Assembly (NCBI GenBank): GCA_964016885.1
Contig: OZ024740.1
Span: 340,690,001-340,754,000, forward strand
Direction of reading: 5' to 3'
DNA length: 64,000 nt
DNA from: Eledone cirrhosa
Lineage: Eukaryota
Part shown: positions 39,107-52,166 of the stretch, one piece after another
Position numbering within the stretch: position 1 is the stretch's first letter
Layout of the letters: each line of letters starts with the position of its first letter
Made by a program: the position numbers and the translations under genes
Notes under the pieces: generated by a model
What the model saw: the letters and a program-made list of their open reading frames with translations, nothing else
What the model was told of the DNA's origin: nothing
Databases searched by the model: none

Positions 39107-39712
39107 AACAAAGTCAATCTGTGAACACAGAAGTAAATATTTTAAAAAACGTTGCAACCGGAGGAAGACGTGGAAACGTTCCCTGGCAAAGAACGGGAAA
39201 AAACGAATATAATACGTCATTATTTGAAGCGGTGAAAAACAATTACACGCAAAGACAAAACCACGTTTATGGTATAAAAGAAGCTGTAGACTAATATTCT
39301 ATTAGATGGTTCATAGAGACGTTCTCTGGCAATGAACGGAAAAAACGAAGATAATACGTCATATGTGGAGCGTGGGGAACAATTGCACGCAAAGACAAAA
39401 CCACGTAAATGGTATAACTGAAGTCGTAGACTAAAATTCTAACTAGGAAACCGAATGATTCTCTGCTTCAGAGTTAAGAATAAAGTAAATAAAATACAGA
39501 GGTAATTGAAATTAAATAAATACATACACGCATCCATATACGTACATACACAAGCATACGTGAAAACACTCGCCATAGGTATACAAATACACGCACGTAC
39601 ACAAGAAAAAAACAAAAAAAAATATCCGCACGCACATACAGAACCCACGCAACGCCTGTACCTGCACACATACGAATGTATACACCAAATACACATAAAC
39701 ATATATATAAAA

Positions 39713-39743
<31 letters not shown>

Positions 39744-40133
39744 CGTGTATACATATAATTAAATAAACGTATATAAATAAATAAATACGTATATAACAAG
39801 CGCACACACATACCTACATGTATATACACATATGTTCGGAGACGTACGTCAACCAAAACACAAAGTACACATATACACACACCCTACATAGTACGAACCC
39901 GCATGCTCACACAGACGCAAAACTCACGTATACACATAACCAAAAGCATATGTACCAGAATATATAATATATACGCCATAACATATACAATCAAATATAC
40001 GTACGAGAAAGTATACGTACCTTCACAAAACATACAGGTAATATATACTTACCTATACAAATAAGTAATGGTATTAACATAACATATACTTAGCTACCAC
40101 ATCAAGACGTAAAATATCCGCGTATAGTTCGTA

Positions 40134-42199
40134 CTATCCGTTAGGGTATAATGTGGGGCTGTAATACAGGAAAGTTGTGTGCAATTTATGTTTACAAGCC
40201 GAAATTGCCTCAGATTTTTTGTTTAAGATGTGGTCTTTGGCGTAGAGTATTTCCAGGGCCTCATCGGCGCAGAGGTCACATGGTCTTTTATTTCCATTAT
40301 ACGATCTAGCCCTAATTAGGATCTCCCAGTGTAACTTATATTGGGTGTGGTTGTCTTTTAGACTCCAGATATAAGCTGAAAGTGACGTCATATTCCTTCT
40401 TAAAGGGTTACGAAAAGAATGGGTATGCGTGTAAAGACGCTGCTTGAATCTATTGGCGGTTAACCCTATGTAGGCCCTACGGAACGTGGGTGTTTCAACC
40501 TTACATTTGTAGACAGTGTTACTAGAGAGGCATTTCCCAGATAGGGGGCAGTCAACCCGATTCCTACAATTACAGTTAGTACTAACTACAGGGTTGCACG
40601 TGTTCCTACAGCTAGGTAGTTTAGCTAAATTTGAAGCTGTGATGTTATGTGCAAGGTTAGGAGTCATAGAGTAAGAAATTTTAATAGTATTTCTATTAAA
40701 AATGTTACTATATTTATGTGTAGGGGGAAAATGCTTCATAATAAGGGAGAGAAAGATCTTAGCTAATGGTGTGGCCACCTCCATATTATATGGCGGGTTA
40801 TACCATATAATGCGTCGGGATCTATTTCTTCTAGGTCTATTCTCGTACTCTGTATATGCTAGCTTATCGACAAATCCACTCCGACAAGAACTTCATTGTA
40901 ATATGTGAAATGGTCATTGAAAATATGCTCATTAGTAGATAGACGGGAAAGCCTCAAAGAACGTTTCTTACCAGGTTCTTGGTTATGCTGGCAGGATGGT
41001 TAGAATGCTTACTTATATAATGAAGCGAATCATTCGGCTTTCTATACGGGTAATGCAATCCATTCGATAAATTGAGGTTAACGTCGAGGTAATTAATGGC
41101 CGAGAGGTTGGCCTCAACCTGTATGGAGAGGTTGAAGCCTTTAAAGAAGGCTGTGAGTTCTTTTCTGAACCTGTCGCAAGCACGTGGGCCGCACTTAGTC
41201 ATGGTCAAATAACCATCATCACGGTTCAAACCACCGCTCATGTTGGGGAATTCTTCCTTGATAGAGAAAAGAAGGAAAAGGCCGATAAGATCAGTAACCT
41301 CTGCAGAATCGCTGGCACCCATACTCACGTCGAATGGGGTAATATTAGATTTTTTAATCCAAATAGAGTCGTCGAAATTAATCACCGACTTACGGGCATT
41401 GAGGATGACATCAACTTCGAAATCCTTAATCACTGTGAGTGTTTTAGCAAAATTGATAGCTCTAAGGAGAAGTGGTAAAGTGATGGAGGAGTAGTAATTA
41501 TTGATGTCGAATTGGATAAAACGGCAATGTTCCTTATTGCATATGTCGTTGAACCAATCAATCACCCCGAAAGAATTGTTCCACAGTGCAAGAGGGGCCA
41601 AACTTCTAATTTCAGGTATAATTCTATCAAGAATCCTTTTACTAAGTCTTGTGATCCTTCAGGGTAAAGTGGGGAGAAATAGCGTCCAGAGGTTCAGTCC
41701 GGTCCAGCATGTTGAGATCAGAGGTGATTTTAAACCCAGCATTGTTGATTTCATTAATGACGCTCCGATTAGTTTTACGGTAATCCTTAATTACAGCATT
41801 ATGTAGCAGTTGATGGTAAGTACTGCGGTCCACTTGATATAGATTGCTAGTTTTGTCGGAATGGACGTGCACGGCATTAGAATCCTTAATAGAACAAATT
41901 CTATTCTTCAGGTCCTGCTGGAAGGAATTGCTCCTATTCCGAGATTTGATACTCTGTATGAGTTCCAAGACATCATTTTCGAAGGGTAGCAATGCTGGGT
42001 TACTCAGAGGGTTATTATAGGTTTTAAACCCAAATTTATCCTGTTTGTTGTCTGCTTTTCCCTGATTATCGAAATAAAAGGCACGCCAACGCAACCTTTT
42101 AATGAACGCGTTTGTTTTCTGTATCAGGAGTTTTAGGTATGTTTTCCTGCTTGGTACAGGTATGTTCTTTGTAGAAATATACAGATGTTGTTTCTGCAT
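40134..42199 (-). pseudogene. PLE ORF (RT + CxC linker + GIY-YIG endonuclease), frameshifted
   Basis: KNIPVPS, SDKTSN, QFDINNYYSSI, VSMGA, GGLNRDDG, NYLDV, YRKP, SNHP, CNCR..CPLSGKC, VYKC..YIGLT..FKQR..H, CDLC..E. Confidence 0.92.
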
Positions 42200-42353
42200 G
42201 ATGAATATAAGTCAGTAGTGTGCTCAACCGAGGGAGCCAAATAGTAATAATAATAAATTTGAAGACTAAAATCCAAAGAGGGCTCGATAAGGATAAATAT
42301 ATATCAAATATATAAGAACCGTAGAGCAAATATTTATTAAAATAACAGATTAA

Positions 42354-42404
42354 AGTTTAAGCAAAGAATCGCTGCTTTCACCCTTAACGGGATCTTCTGA
42401 AACT
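42354..42404 (-). ncRNA. Type I hammerhead ribozyme variant in the 5' pLTR
   Basis: Identical to 39056-39106. Confidence 0.7.
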
Positions 42405-42714
42405 AACAAAGTCTGGTTATATGATGCCTCTGTGAGATGTGTGATGCTGCATGGTAGTGAGATGGTACTTCTGCGTTCACAGATTGACTTTGTTAGTTTC
42501 AGAAGATCCCATTAAGGGTGAAAGCAGCGATTCTTTGCTACCCGGGTGTATAACCTTTAGCATTTACATTACTCTATATTTACTATTATATTTTTATGGT
42601 AAAGGCTTTACCTCACATAATTATCTCATATAATATCGAATCGGTTAGTTACGGCCAGTTTGAACAAAAAGAGGTGAGAGAATTCTGGCCGGTTTAACTG
42701 CTAAAGGGATAAGT

Positions 42715-43525
42715 CTATCTGCTGAGCTACTAGTGTGTATATTGCAGTCTACTGTACTAACGGTATATATCACTATCTACTGTACTCCAAAGATGTATAT
42801 ATCTGTCTACTATAACAATAAGCTGTATATAATTGTTTCTAGTACTACTAGGGTATAAAAAGTTGTTTATACTACTAATAGTGTGTACTTAGCTGAAGGG
42901 AGTGCTGCTGGGGTGTATATACTTGTCCACTACATTACAGAGGTAACTATACTGTACTACCAAAGTATATATTGCTATCTCCTGATATCACAAAGGTGTA
43001 TATAACTGTCTACCCAAGTGATCTGGGGGTATATAGCTGTATTCAGTACTACCAGGGTATATAAAGCTGTCATCAATACAACCATGGCATATAAAGCTGA
43101 CTACAGCATTGCTAGGGTATAAAAAGCTGTCCCCAGTACTACGAAGGTATATAAAGCTGTCCCCAGTACTATGAGGGTATATAAAGCTGTCCCCAGTACT
43201 ACCAGGTTGTATGAAGCTGTCTACAGTACTACCAGGGTATATAATGCTGTCTTCAGTACTACCAGGGTATATAAAACTGTCCTCAGTACTATCAAGGTAT
43301 ATAAAACTGTCCTCAGTACTACCAAGGTATATAAAATTGTCTACAGTACTACCAGGGTATATGAAGCTGTCTTCAGTACTACCAGGGTATATAAAGCTGT
43401 CCTCAGTACTACCAAGGTATATAAAATTGTCTACAGTACTACAAAGTTGTGTATAACTATCTACTGTAATAATCTGGGGGTTTGTTGCTGATTTCAGTAC
43501 TATTGGAGTATATAAAGCTGTCTAA
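42715..43525. repeat. 30-bp minisatellite (homogeneous core about 43030-43450, degenerate flanks)
   Basis: Unit approximately ACCAGGGTATATAAAGCTGTCYYCAGTACT. Confidence 0.92.
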
Positions 43526-43544
43526 CATACCTTCTTTTTTTTTA

Positions 43545-43862
43545 GAGGCACTCCATTGGTTTACAATGGCAAGTGTTCCAGTTGATCCGACCAACGGAAC
43601 AGCCTGCTTGTGAAATTAATGTGCAAGTGGCTGAGCACTCCACAGACACGTGTACCCTTAATGTAGTTCTCAGGGAGATTCAGCGTGACACCGAACGTGA
43701 CAAGGCTGGTCTTTCGAATTACAGGTACAACTCATTTTTGCCAGCTGAGTGGACTGGAGCAACGTAAAATAAAGTGTCTTGCTAAAGGACACAACGCGCT
43801 GCCGGGAATCGAACTCATGACCTTGCGATTTTGAGCTGAATACCTGAACCACTAAGCCACAT
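43545..43862 (-). mobile_element. tRNA-derived SINE, family B, well preserved
   Basis: Minus strand A-box TGGCTTAGTGG and B-box GAGTTCGATTCC. Confidence 0.9.
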
Positions 43863-44129
43863 CATACCTATAATGGGAACTAACTAATGTTAGATGATAC
43901 AAACTTCAGTAGGGAGCAGTTGCCAGAAGCAATGGAAAAGTGGGAATTGTGGAGAGACTTTGTCAGGAATATTCAACTGTTGTTGCAATGATGATATTGA
44001 TCATACCTTATGTATGGTATATATAACTACCAGTGTTTATATAGATGTCTTCCACATTACTATCCATTAAACGGTGACGATGATGATGATACATATAACA
44101 GCTTTCACTCTTCTTTCAATTCTGTTGTA

Positions 44130-45345
44130 ACAACGGTGCTACCCTGGAGCAGTGGAAAACTGCCAGTGTCATTCCTCTGTTCAAAAAGGGTGACTGCACC
44201 TCGTCTGTCAACTATCATCCAGTCAGTCTTACTAGCTGCATTGCCAAACTGATGGAATCCTGTGTCAGAGAAACACTGAAACTTCTGGAATTCTCACAGC
44301 CTTATCCGGCCCTCGCAATTCGGATTTATCCCCAACTCCAGCTGCTGTGATCAACTTATCGAGTTTCTTGAAGACATCACCCACATCACTGATGGCGGCT
44401 CATGGGTGGATGTTGTTTACCTTGACTTTGCTAAAGCTTTCAATTCTGTGCCACACAAAAGACTTATGGCAAAACTCTCTGCAATGGGTATGAGATATGA
44501 TCTTTTTAACTGGTTGAAGTCCTTCATTCTCAGTCGAAAAGAAGTAGTCACGGTTCTAGGACAGCATTCTTCACCCTATGAGATGACATCTGGTGTACCG
44601 CAGGGATCTGTCTTGGTCCCCTTTTGTTTGTTTGTTGCATATATTAATGACATAGATGCATTATTATCAGCAGCGATTTGCGTTGGACAAAGCACATCTC
44701 TAAAATTGTTAAAAAGGCTGAGGGTGTTTTGGCATCATTCAGCAAGACTTTTGTCAGCCACTCTCCAGCTATCTATTTACAGCTGTATATAGCTATGGTG
44801 CGGCCACACTTAGAATTTGCATCACTTCTGGAAACTGTTCAGAGATGTGCAACCAAGCGTATACCCTCCATCAGGCATTTACCATACCCTGAACGCCTTT
44901 CTTCCCTGGGCATGGATACATTGAAGCTCTGATATCTGGCAACAGACTTGGTAAACACCCACAAAATTATTAACCATCTTGTCAACAACAACCCTGAGCA
45001 GCTTTAATTCCATGTGGGTATGCCTATTAAGTCAGAAAACAGCACAGCTCCCATAACTTTCGGAAATATTTTTTCACACTCAGAGTTGCTGAAGCATGGA
45101 ACAAACTACCTGCATCAGGTGTTAGCTGCCAGGACACAGCATCCTTTAAAATCTCCATGGTTCCTGAAATTCGCTAACACTACACCTGATATCCCCCCTC
45201 CATACACATGCACATATGTATATCATGACTCATACATTGTTTACTTTCCTCACATTTGTACATTATTCTATGTACTATACATGCACTTTTGATGAGTTGT
45301 AGTGCACCTGAGCACTGTACACAATAATTTCATTATTATTATTAT
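44130..45345 (+). mobile_element. 5'-truncated, internally deleted CR1 of the same family as 4700-9637
   Basis: Aligns to 8115-9637 and lacks about 8645-8900 (including YADD); (ATT)n tail. Confidence 0.93.
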
Positions 45346-45544
45346 ATATATATATATATAAAGATGGCGAATTTTTGGCTTTTAAGTACTGTGTATATAT
45401 ATATATAGGTATTAGGAAGTCATCCAAACATAGAATCCATGCCAAAAAGGGCTGAGTGTGCCCTCCAGTCACAACACTTCTCTAGTGCTGGTGTCATGTA
45501 AATGCATTTTGTCTGATGCTCTAATGAAATGCATGTGGTAGTGA

Positions 45545-45905
45545 TGGGACACCAGGGCTCAGCCTTCAGTCTACTTCTGTTTATCTTCATTGTCTTTCAG
45601 GTTATAACTGAAGAATTTAAGATTGGCATTCTATAGGAACTCCTGTATGTTAATGATCTAGTCTTTAAAACTGAATCCTTGGATGAATTAGAGACAAATT
45701 TCCAGGAATGGAAGAAAAATCTATAATCAAAGGGCCTAAAAGTAAACTTAGCAAAGAGTTAATAAGTAAGAAAGAGGACAGGAATCTAATACCATCAATT
45801 AAGTGGCTTTGTTTGATATGTCAAATAGGATTGGGCAGAAATTCCATAAGCAGTACACAGTGTTATCTATGGACACACAAGAAATATAGTGGAATTACAG
45901 GCAGT
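45545..45905 (+). mobile_element. Old RTE RT fragment
   Basis: HQGS.FS.LLF, ELLYVNDL, degenerate finger. Confidence 0.7.
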
Positions 45906-46196
45906 ACTTCTCTTTTAACTGTCTCACAATGAGGAGGGAATCAGTTGAAACCCTAGCTGACATAAAGCTGAACTGCATTTCATCTAGCTTGATTCTGTTC
46001 CTAATTAGTCATGCTGTAATTCCTTCAGTATTAGTTGTACCAAGACCAGACAACAAGGACAAATAGGATCAAAGTCAATGTGGATAACATCAAGGACCCT
46101 CAGATACATCCTGAATATCTGAGGCTGCAGGTAGTGGCTTGATGATCATTCGGGTAAATTTTGCAGTTAAATAACAACAATGACTGAGATATCAAA

Positions 46197-46622
46197 ATAA
46201 TAATAATAATAATAATAACTGTTTCTACTTTTGGCACAAGGCCAGCAATTATCCCAGTGTATTATTGGTACTTTATTTTATCGACCCCGTAAGGATGAAA
46301 GGCAAAGTTAACCTCAACAGGATTTGAACTCAGAACGTAAAGGGCCATAACTCTATGCTGCAAAGCATGGTGTCTGACACTCTACCGATAATAATAATGG
46401 TTTCTCATTTAGGCACAAAGCCAGTAATGTTTTAGGGGGGAGGGGAAAGTCAATGAAATTGACCCCAGTAAGTGACTGGTACTTTATTTTATCGACCCCG
46501 AAAGGATGAAAGGCAAAGCTAACCTCGGCGGGATTTGAACTCAGATCATAAAGGGCCATAACTCTATGCTGCAAAGCATGGCGTTTGACCCTCTACCGAT
46601 ACTGCTAATCCACCGCCCTTGC
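46197..46622 (-). mobile_element. Two tandem family A SINEs between (AAT)n tracts
   Basis: Two near-identical bodies, 46220-46390 and 46400-46620. Confidence 0.9.
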
Positions 46623-46784
46623 CAAACCAATAATAATAATAATAATAATAATTAAAGTAATCTTAAATGAATTAGGAAAGAAAACTACACAATTAGGGAA
46701 AAAAAAACCATAACACCATGGTTATTCTGATTGCTAGGGTAAATGCCTTCTCTCAGTTCTTCAGCTCTTAGTCTAATAGTCTAA

Positions 46785-47400
46785 GGCTGGCTGGAAAAAA
46801 CTGGGGTGGCTTGGGATTGTCTGGGGTTGGCTTGGCTGAGTTGGACTGGGCATAGTTCTGCTGTACTTGACTGGGCAGAGCAGAGCTAGGTTTTCATGAG
46901 TTGCACTTAGCTGGGATGGGCTTGACATAACTGGACTAAACTGGACTCAAATAGACTGAGCTGGGCTGGGCTGGGCTTGGCTCTGCTAGACTTGACTTGG
47001 CTGCGCTTAAATGGGTTGTTGGGTTTAGGTTGGCTGTACTTGTTTTTAATGGAGTTGGAAGAGCTGGTCTAGTTGAAGCATAGTTTTGCTTGGCTTGTTT
47101 TGGATGGGCTGGATTTGACTTGACTTGACTTTGCTTGGCTTAGCTTAGCTTGGCTAGTCTAGGCATTGCTTAGCTGGGCTGGATTTGTTTTGGCTAGGCT
47201 TGGCTTGGTTTGGTTTGGCTTGGCTTGGTTTGGCTTGGCTTGCCCAGGCAGGTTTGGGTTTGCCTTGGCTTGGCTTAGCTAGACTGGGCTTATTTGGTTG
47301 AGTTGGATGGGCTTGTCTTGAGTAGTCTAAGCTTGGCATGCCTTAGTAGTGCTTGACTAGGTTACACTTTGTTGGGTGAGGCTGGGTTCTGGTTTTGTTT
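46785..47400. repeat. Degenerate pentamer satellite (TTGGC/CTGGG)n
   Basis: 5-nt periodicity visible. Confidence 0.85.
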
Positions 47401-47544
47401 TATGGTTAGGCTTAGTTTTGGTTTTGGATAGGTTTAAGGTTAGTGTTAGGATCTATACGCTTGACATTTTCAGATCACTGTTCCTATAAGATTGCAGTCT
47501 AAAAAACAATGATGATACAATCAACATTATATAGTTTAAATGTC

Positions 47545-47790
47545 ATCCTCATCATCATCTCCATTTAATGTCTTTTTCCCATGCTTGCATGGGTTAGTCA
47601 GCATGTACTGAGAACATTTTATTATGATTCTAGCACAACCACCTTACAGGATGGACTGTGTGCTTTTTGTCATGGCATCAGTACTCTAATCACATTATGC
47701 ATAAAGGGTGCTTTTCATTGGGACAGCAGCACTATCACTTTACAGAGAGGGCTGGGTGCTTTCTATCATGGCAACAGCACTACTTCATTT
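47545..47790 (-). mobile_element. RTE-3'UTR-derived element
   Basis: catcatc..tttaatgtc..ccatgcttgcatgggtt start, followed by cactttacag..gggtgcttt units. Confidence 0.65.
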
Positions 47791-48479
47791 TAAACGTTTA
47801 TAATTTGAATGACAGTGTTTAGTGTGGTCATTATCATATAAATATTTCAGATAATATCAGTCAATTGCTTTAATTTTGTGTCTGATATTGACTTATTGAG
47901 CAATATGTCATTGACCAGATCCAACTAATGCATTATGGTCCCTCATTCGCAACTAAGCCTACAACTAATTGTATGATAGTCACCTGAGCGATCTATGTGT
48001 TTGGACGAAGATGACTGTTGTGATAACAACCTAAAAATATTGCTACTATAATGCCATTAGTGGTAAGTGGGTGTTAAAGTGTGGCTAGTGCTTAAAGAAC
48101 AGGAAACTCTTACAGATGCTCACTAGAAGTCCGATAAGCAGACATTTGGAGAATAGCTTTATAGGTTGCTTTGTTATGGCAGAACAAAGCAGCACTGCTC
48201 TAATTAAACAACTGAATATTACTTTACAGATGTTTACACATAGTAAACTCACTTAAAATATATCAATATACTTTCACTATGTAATTCTCTCTAACAACTC
48301 CACATACTTCACAATGATAACCATTAGTGAAAGACACATTATGTCACTAAAGGTTATTTTTATACCATTACCAATACTGTCAGTATATGGCTGATGAAAT
48401 GTCACTTCATCATAATGCTATATTTTCTCTCTAAAAAAAATTGTATATCATCCTTTCAATTACATGTAAATATTGTCAA

Positions 48480-49206
48480 TTCTGGAAATGTTACCATGAG
48501 AGATTGATGAATGCAGAGAATGAATGGGAGAAAGAGAAACTATCCCCAACTCACCCAACAGAAGGACCATCTACTGAAGTTGATAGTCTTAGGGTCAAAG
48601 ACGCAATCAAGGAGATGAAAAATGGTAAAGCTGCTGGATGACAGCTGTATAAAAAGGTGCAAGGCACTCAGTCGATGGAAGCCTCGGAGTGGGGAGACCC
48701 AGGCAGAAAGACCTAAGACGAGGTGATAAAAGCTGACCTCACCAAATTGCGCCTCTCAAAGGCAATGACACAGGACTGAGATCTCTGGCGTTACACAGCA
48801 ATACAGAAGACCCGAATTCCCACGGACACAGGCCATAGCTGAAGCATATATAAAGCATGCACCACCCTGCTCCTCACCACCCACTCCCATACATTTCCCA
48901 CGAGGAAAAGCTTAAGTATACATCCAGCGAAGCTTCCAGCCCACACTGCAAAGAGGTTGTGATAGCGACATGACAAAAAGTGTCTGGTCGATGCTATAAA
49001 GTGGTCATGTAGGTGTCATGACAAAAAGCACCCAGCACACATTCTAAATGTGGTTGGTGTTAAGAAGGACATCCAATTGTAGAAACCTAGCCAAAATTAG
49101 CTCTGCGTGAGTGAAACACGATCCTCCAGCCAGATCTCTCACAAAGGGATGGCTCATTCTACCCATGCTAGCATGGAAGATAGACATTAAACAATGATGA
49201 TGATGA
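48480..49206 (+). mobile_element. RTE fragment with a large internal deletion
   Basis: YHERLMNAENEW..AIKEMKNGKAAG joined directly to the C-terminus and 3'UTR; (GAT)n tail. Confidence 0.82.
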
Positions 49207-49233
49207 TATATATACACACACACACACGCATAT

Positions 49234-49264
<31 letters not shown>

Positions 49265-49903
49265 CATCACCAGCATCATCAATTAATGATGATGATCATC
49301 ATTCCAGAACTTCATTTCATTACCTCATCAATTATATATATATGTGTATTTAGAGGCAATTCATTCCATGCTCTTAATTAATTTTGAAAACCTCCACACA
49401 AAGAATCCCTTTAAAAATGAGTAAAACACAAATTATCAATAAAAATATATGCTAATATAATAATGGGGCAATAAGGTTTTAAATTGTAAGAATATATAAA
49501 CAGAAAGAAAAAAATTGCTTTCAATTTATTGTTTTCTTCTATTTTATATTACATTAACAGAAGAGTGTGAACAAAGAACAATAATTCAACAATCCTACAA
49601 CCTCACACAGAAGTTTGGTGAGTAAACCCAAGGGACCTTTCGTTGTCAGCATAACTACAGTTTTGTGCCCCCTCGAATTTTTTACTCGTAACTTTCTTAA
49701 TAATTTATATCATAAAATAAGATCTGTTTCTTTGTCTGTCTGTCCATCACACTTATATGTATATGTATAAAACATGTAGTTTTTGTTGTTGTTTGTGTGT
49801 TTGTGTGTATGCGTTTCTCTATGTCCTTTAACATATACACAATGCAACACAGACTTTAAAAATAGGCTTTCACTATAATAACTGGTTGTTGTTATTGAGA
49901 GAG

Positions 49904-49905
<2 letters not shown>

Positions 49906-49991
<86 letters not shown>

Positions 49992-50065
49992 TCTATGTGT
50001 GTGTGAAAGATAGAATTAATTTGTTTCAAGAAAAAACATGTTGTTAAGAGGAGAAATACAGTGAG

Positions 50066-50099
<34 letters not shown>

Positions 50100-50100
50100 A

Positions 50101-50131
<31 letters not shown>

Positions 50132-50135
50132 TGAA
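49906..50135. repeat. (TA)n-(GA)n-(GATA)n-(GT)n microsatellites
   Basis: Directly visible. Confidence 0.95.
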
Positions 50136-50616
50136 AGATACAGAGGTAGTAAATGTCACCATAGTAACTAACGAGTTTTGATTAAAAACACAAGAATTTT
50201 AAGTGCAAGTCTGTCAACACGTGGACTATATAACAGTCTACCATTAACTGGCCATACAATACGAGGTCATGACAAATAGTTTCAGTAATAATGGCCATAT
50301 TAGCGTTACAGTTATGCAAGAATAACCAGAGTGTATAAGGTGAGAGGTCTGCTACATAATTTTGCTGTTTTTTTTGTTTTGGTATTTTACTGTCAACATG
50401 GATGAACATCACAGAACTATCCGTATAGAAGGAGCAAAGCAGAGCCAGCAAGCAGGAAGACGATCAAGATGAAGATTGGCGCTCCAATAATGTTATTATG
50501 AAACATAGATCACCCTCAAGACCACTACAATGGAACTTGCTACACATTGCTCAATGCCACTGACTCTTTACTGACTCCGGACTCTGAGGAAACTCATTGG
50601 TGTTGATACTGGAGCA

Positions 50617-50835
50617 GTTTTACTACTTTTGGCACAAGGCCAGAAATTTAAAGGAAAGGTGAAAGTCAATTAAATTGCCTTCAGTGCATTACTGGTACTT
50701 TATTTTATCGATCCAATGAGGATGAAAGGTAAAGCTAACCTTGGTGAGATTTGAGCTGAGAATGTAAAGGGCTGTAACGATATGCTGCAAAGCATGTTGT
50801 CTGGTGCTCTACCTATACTGACAATCCACTGCCTT
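50617..50835 (-). mobile_element. Family A SINE
   Basis: Homologous to 46400-46620. Confidence 0.85.
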
Positions 50836-51256
50836 CATGGATAGCATAAATAATAGATGTTGTATTGGCTCAATAGCTTGTACTTAGTGTTAATTCCTAT
50901 AATAGCAATTATTGATACAAGTAATGCACAGTGTATATACCCAAACTAAGGTACACTTTGCCATTTCTCTATTTTTTAAAGATTTACTTTCGATATGCAG
51001 ATAAAATAGGAATTACCTTTCTTCCTGTGCCACCATTATTCTTCAGATTCAGTGGAAATTCTAAAACAACCATTGTAATATATTTTTAATGCATTATAGA
51101 ATCTGTAATTCATTACATTTATATCAGATAGAAACATACATATAATCAATTATTGCTAGGAACTTTATAAATATAATATACAAAATATACAATCATAACA
51201 AAAAAAAACATCAATTCATTATTAAGTGTGTCAATTGGTCCACACATTACAAGGTG

Positions 51257-51470
51257 CATTAGAACTTTTTGAGGTAAGCCAACACGCTCGCAGCATTACT
51301 GTAGGTGATGGTAAGGCTACGGCGCTGAAACAACCAAGCGCCCTTATAGGTATCACCTGACACCTTGATAAGGTGAGATACTAACGATAACAAGATTTTG
51401 CTGTCAGAGGCCCAGCTCACTCAAATGTTTTGAATGTCACAGGCTGCAAGAAGTGGTTTATGCTAATTTT
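51257..51470 (-). mobile_element. CRE-clade RLE C-terminal remnant
   Basis: My translation LQPVTFKTFE*VSWAS..SGD..AWLFQRRSLTITYSNAASVL resembles PxAxETxGxWG..GD..FLFQRLSIAIQRGNAASVL. Confidence 0.75.
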
Positions 51471-51529
51471 TCCTAGCATTTCTGTAACATTTCCCCAGCA
51501 TTTACTCCCATTTCCCTGCATTTCTGCAA

Positions 51530-51752
51530 AATTTGTTTTCAACATTTTTACACAAGTTAGTTGACAACCCTGAAAATAGAGCCAAAACAGACAAATCAAA
51601 TGGACTTGATTCAGAAGCACTGAAAGTAGCTGTTGCAGTAAATCTTGCTATTACAGCTGGAGAACTTAGCAAGTATTTCTATGTGAGTCATACATCTGAC
51701 CTACACTAATTGAAAAGGCTTGGAAAAGATTTAAAGGTTGGGAAATGGGTTG
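51530..51752 (+). mobile_element. Mariner transposase HTH remnant
   Basis: LDSEALKVAVAVNLAITAGELSKYFYVSHT..H*LKRLGKDLKVGKWV, just before the WVPHxL motif. Confidence 0.7.
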
Positions 51753-52121
51753 TTACCACCACCACCACCGCCATCACCATCAAGAAGAAGAAGAACATCA
51801 ACAACATTAGTAAATGCTATCATCACTGCTACCATTACTTCACAACATCACCCTCACTTCACACCACCACCTCATACTACCACCACCACCACAGCCACCA
51901 TCCCTACCACAGTCACTGACACAGCCCCCTACCACAGCCCCCACTACAACGTTCTATCATTTCAATAATAAATCAATAGAAGCTGTTTCTTTCTTGTTTG
52001 TTAATCTAGAAACATCCAGAACCAGGTGAAACTTTTCCCATTCCACAGTTGTTTAGAAATTATCTATAAAAAAACACAATTACAGCCTGAAAGACGTAGA
52101 TCTACTGTGCTGGCATGATTG

Positions 52122-52166
<45 letters not shown>

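Larger units (their letters stand above)
38945..42539 (-). mobile_element. Near-complete Penelope-like element (RT + C-terminal GIY-YIG) with direct pseudo-LTRs and a short inverted pLTR
   Basis: Direct repeats 38945-39115 and 42241-42413; inverted copy 42466-42539; left junction in (TA)n. Confidence 0.93.

Noticed and set aside
40134-42199. Selenoprotein-type (Naiad) PLE
   Set aside because: The endonuclease is C-terminal and the ORF breaks are frame changes, not in-frame UGA codons.
43030-43450. CRISPR-like 30-bp periodicity
   Set aside because: Contiguous tandem units without unique spacers, no cas genes, eukaryotic context.
43780-43862. tRNA gene (A and B boxes)
   Set aside because: It is the head of a multi-copy SINE followed by SINE body; no complete cloverleaf evident.
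47154-47339. QAKPS-repeat protein ORF
   Set aside because: Translation of the pentamer satellite.
50180-50610. Possible exon or short hydrophobic ORF (MFHNNIIGAPIFILIVFLLAGSALLLLYG)
   Set aside because: No recognisable family or splice sites; probably a TE remnant.
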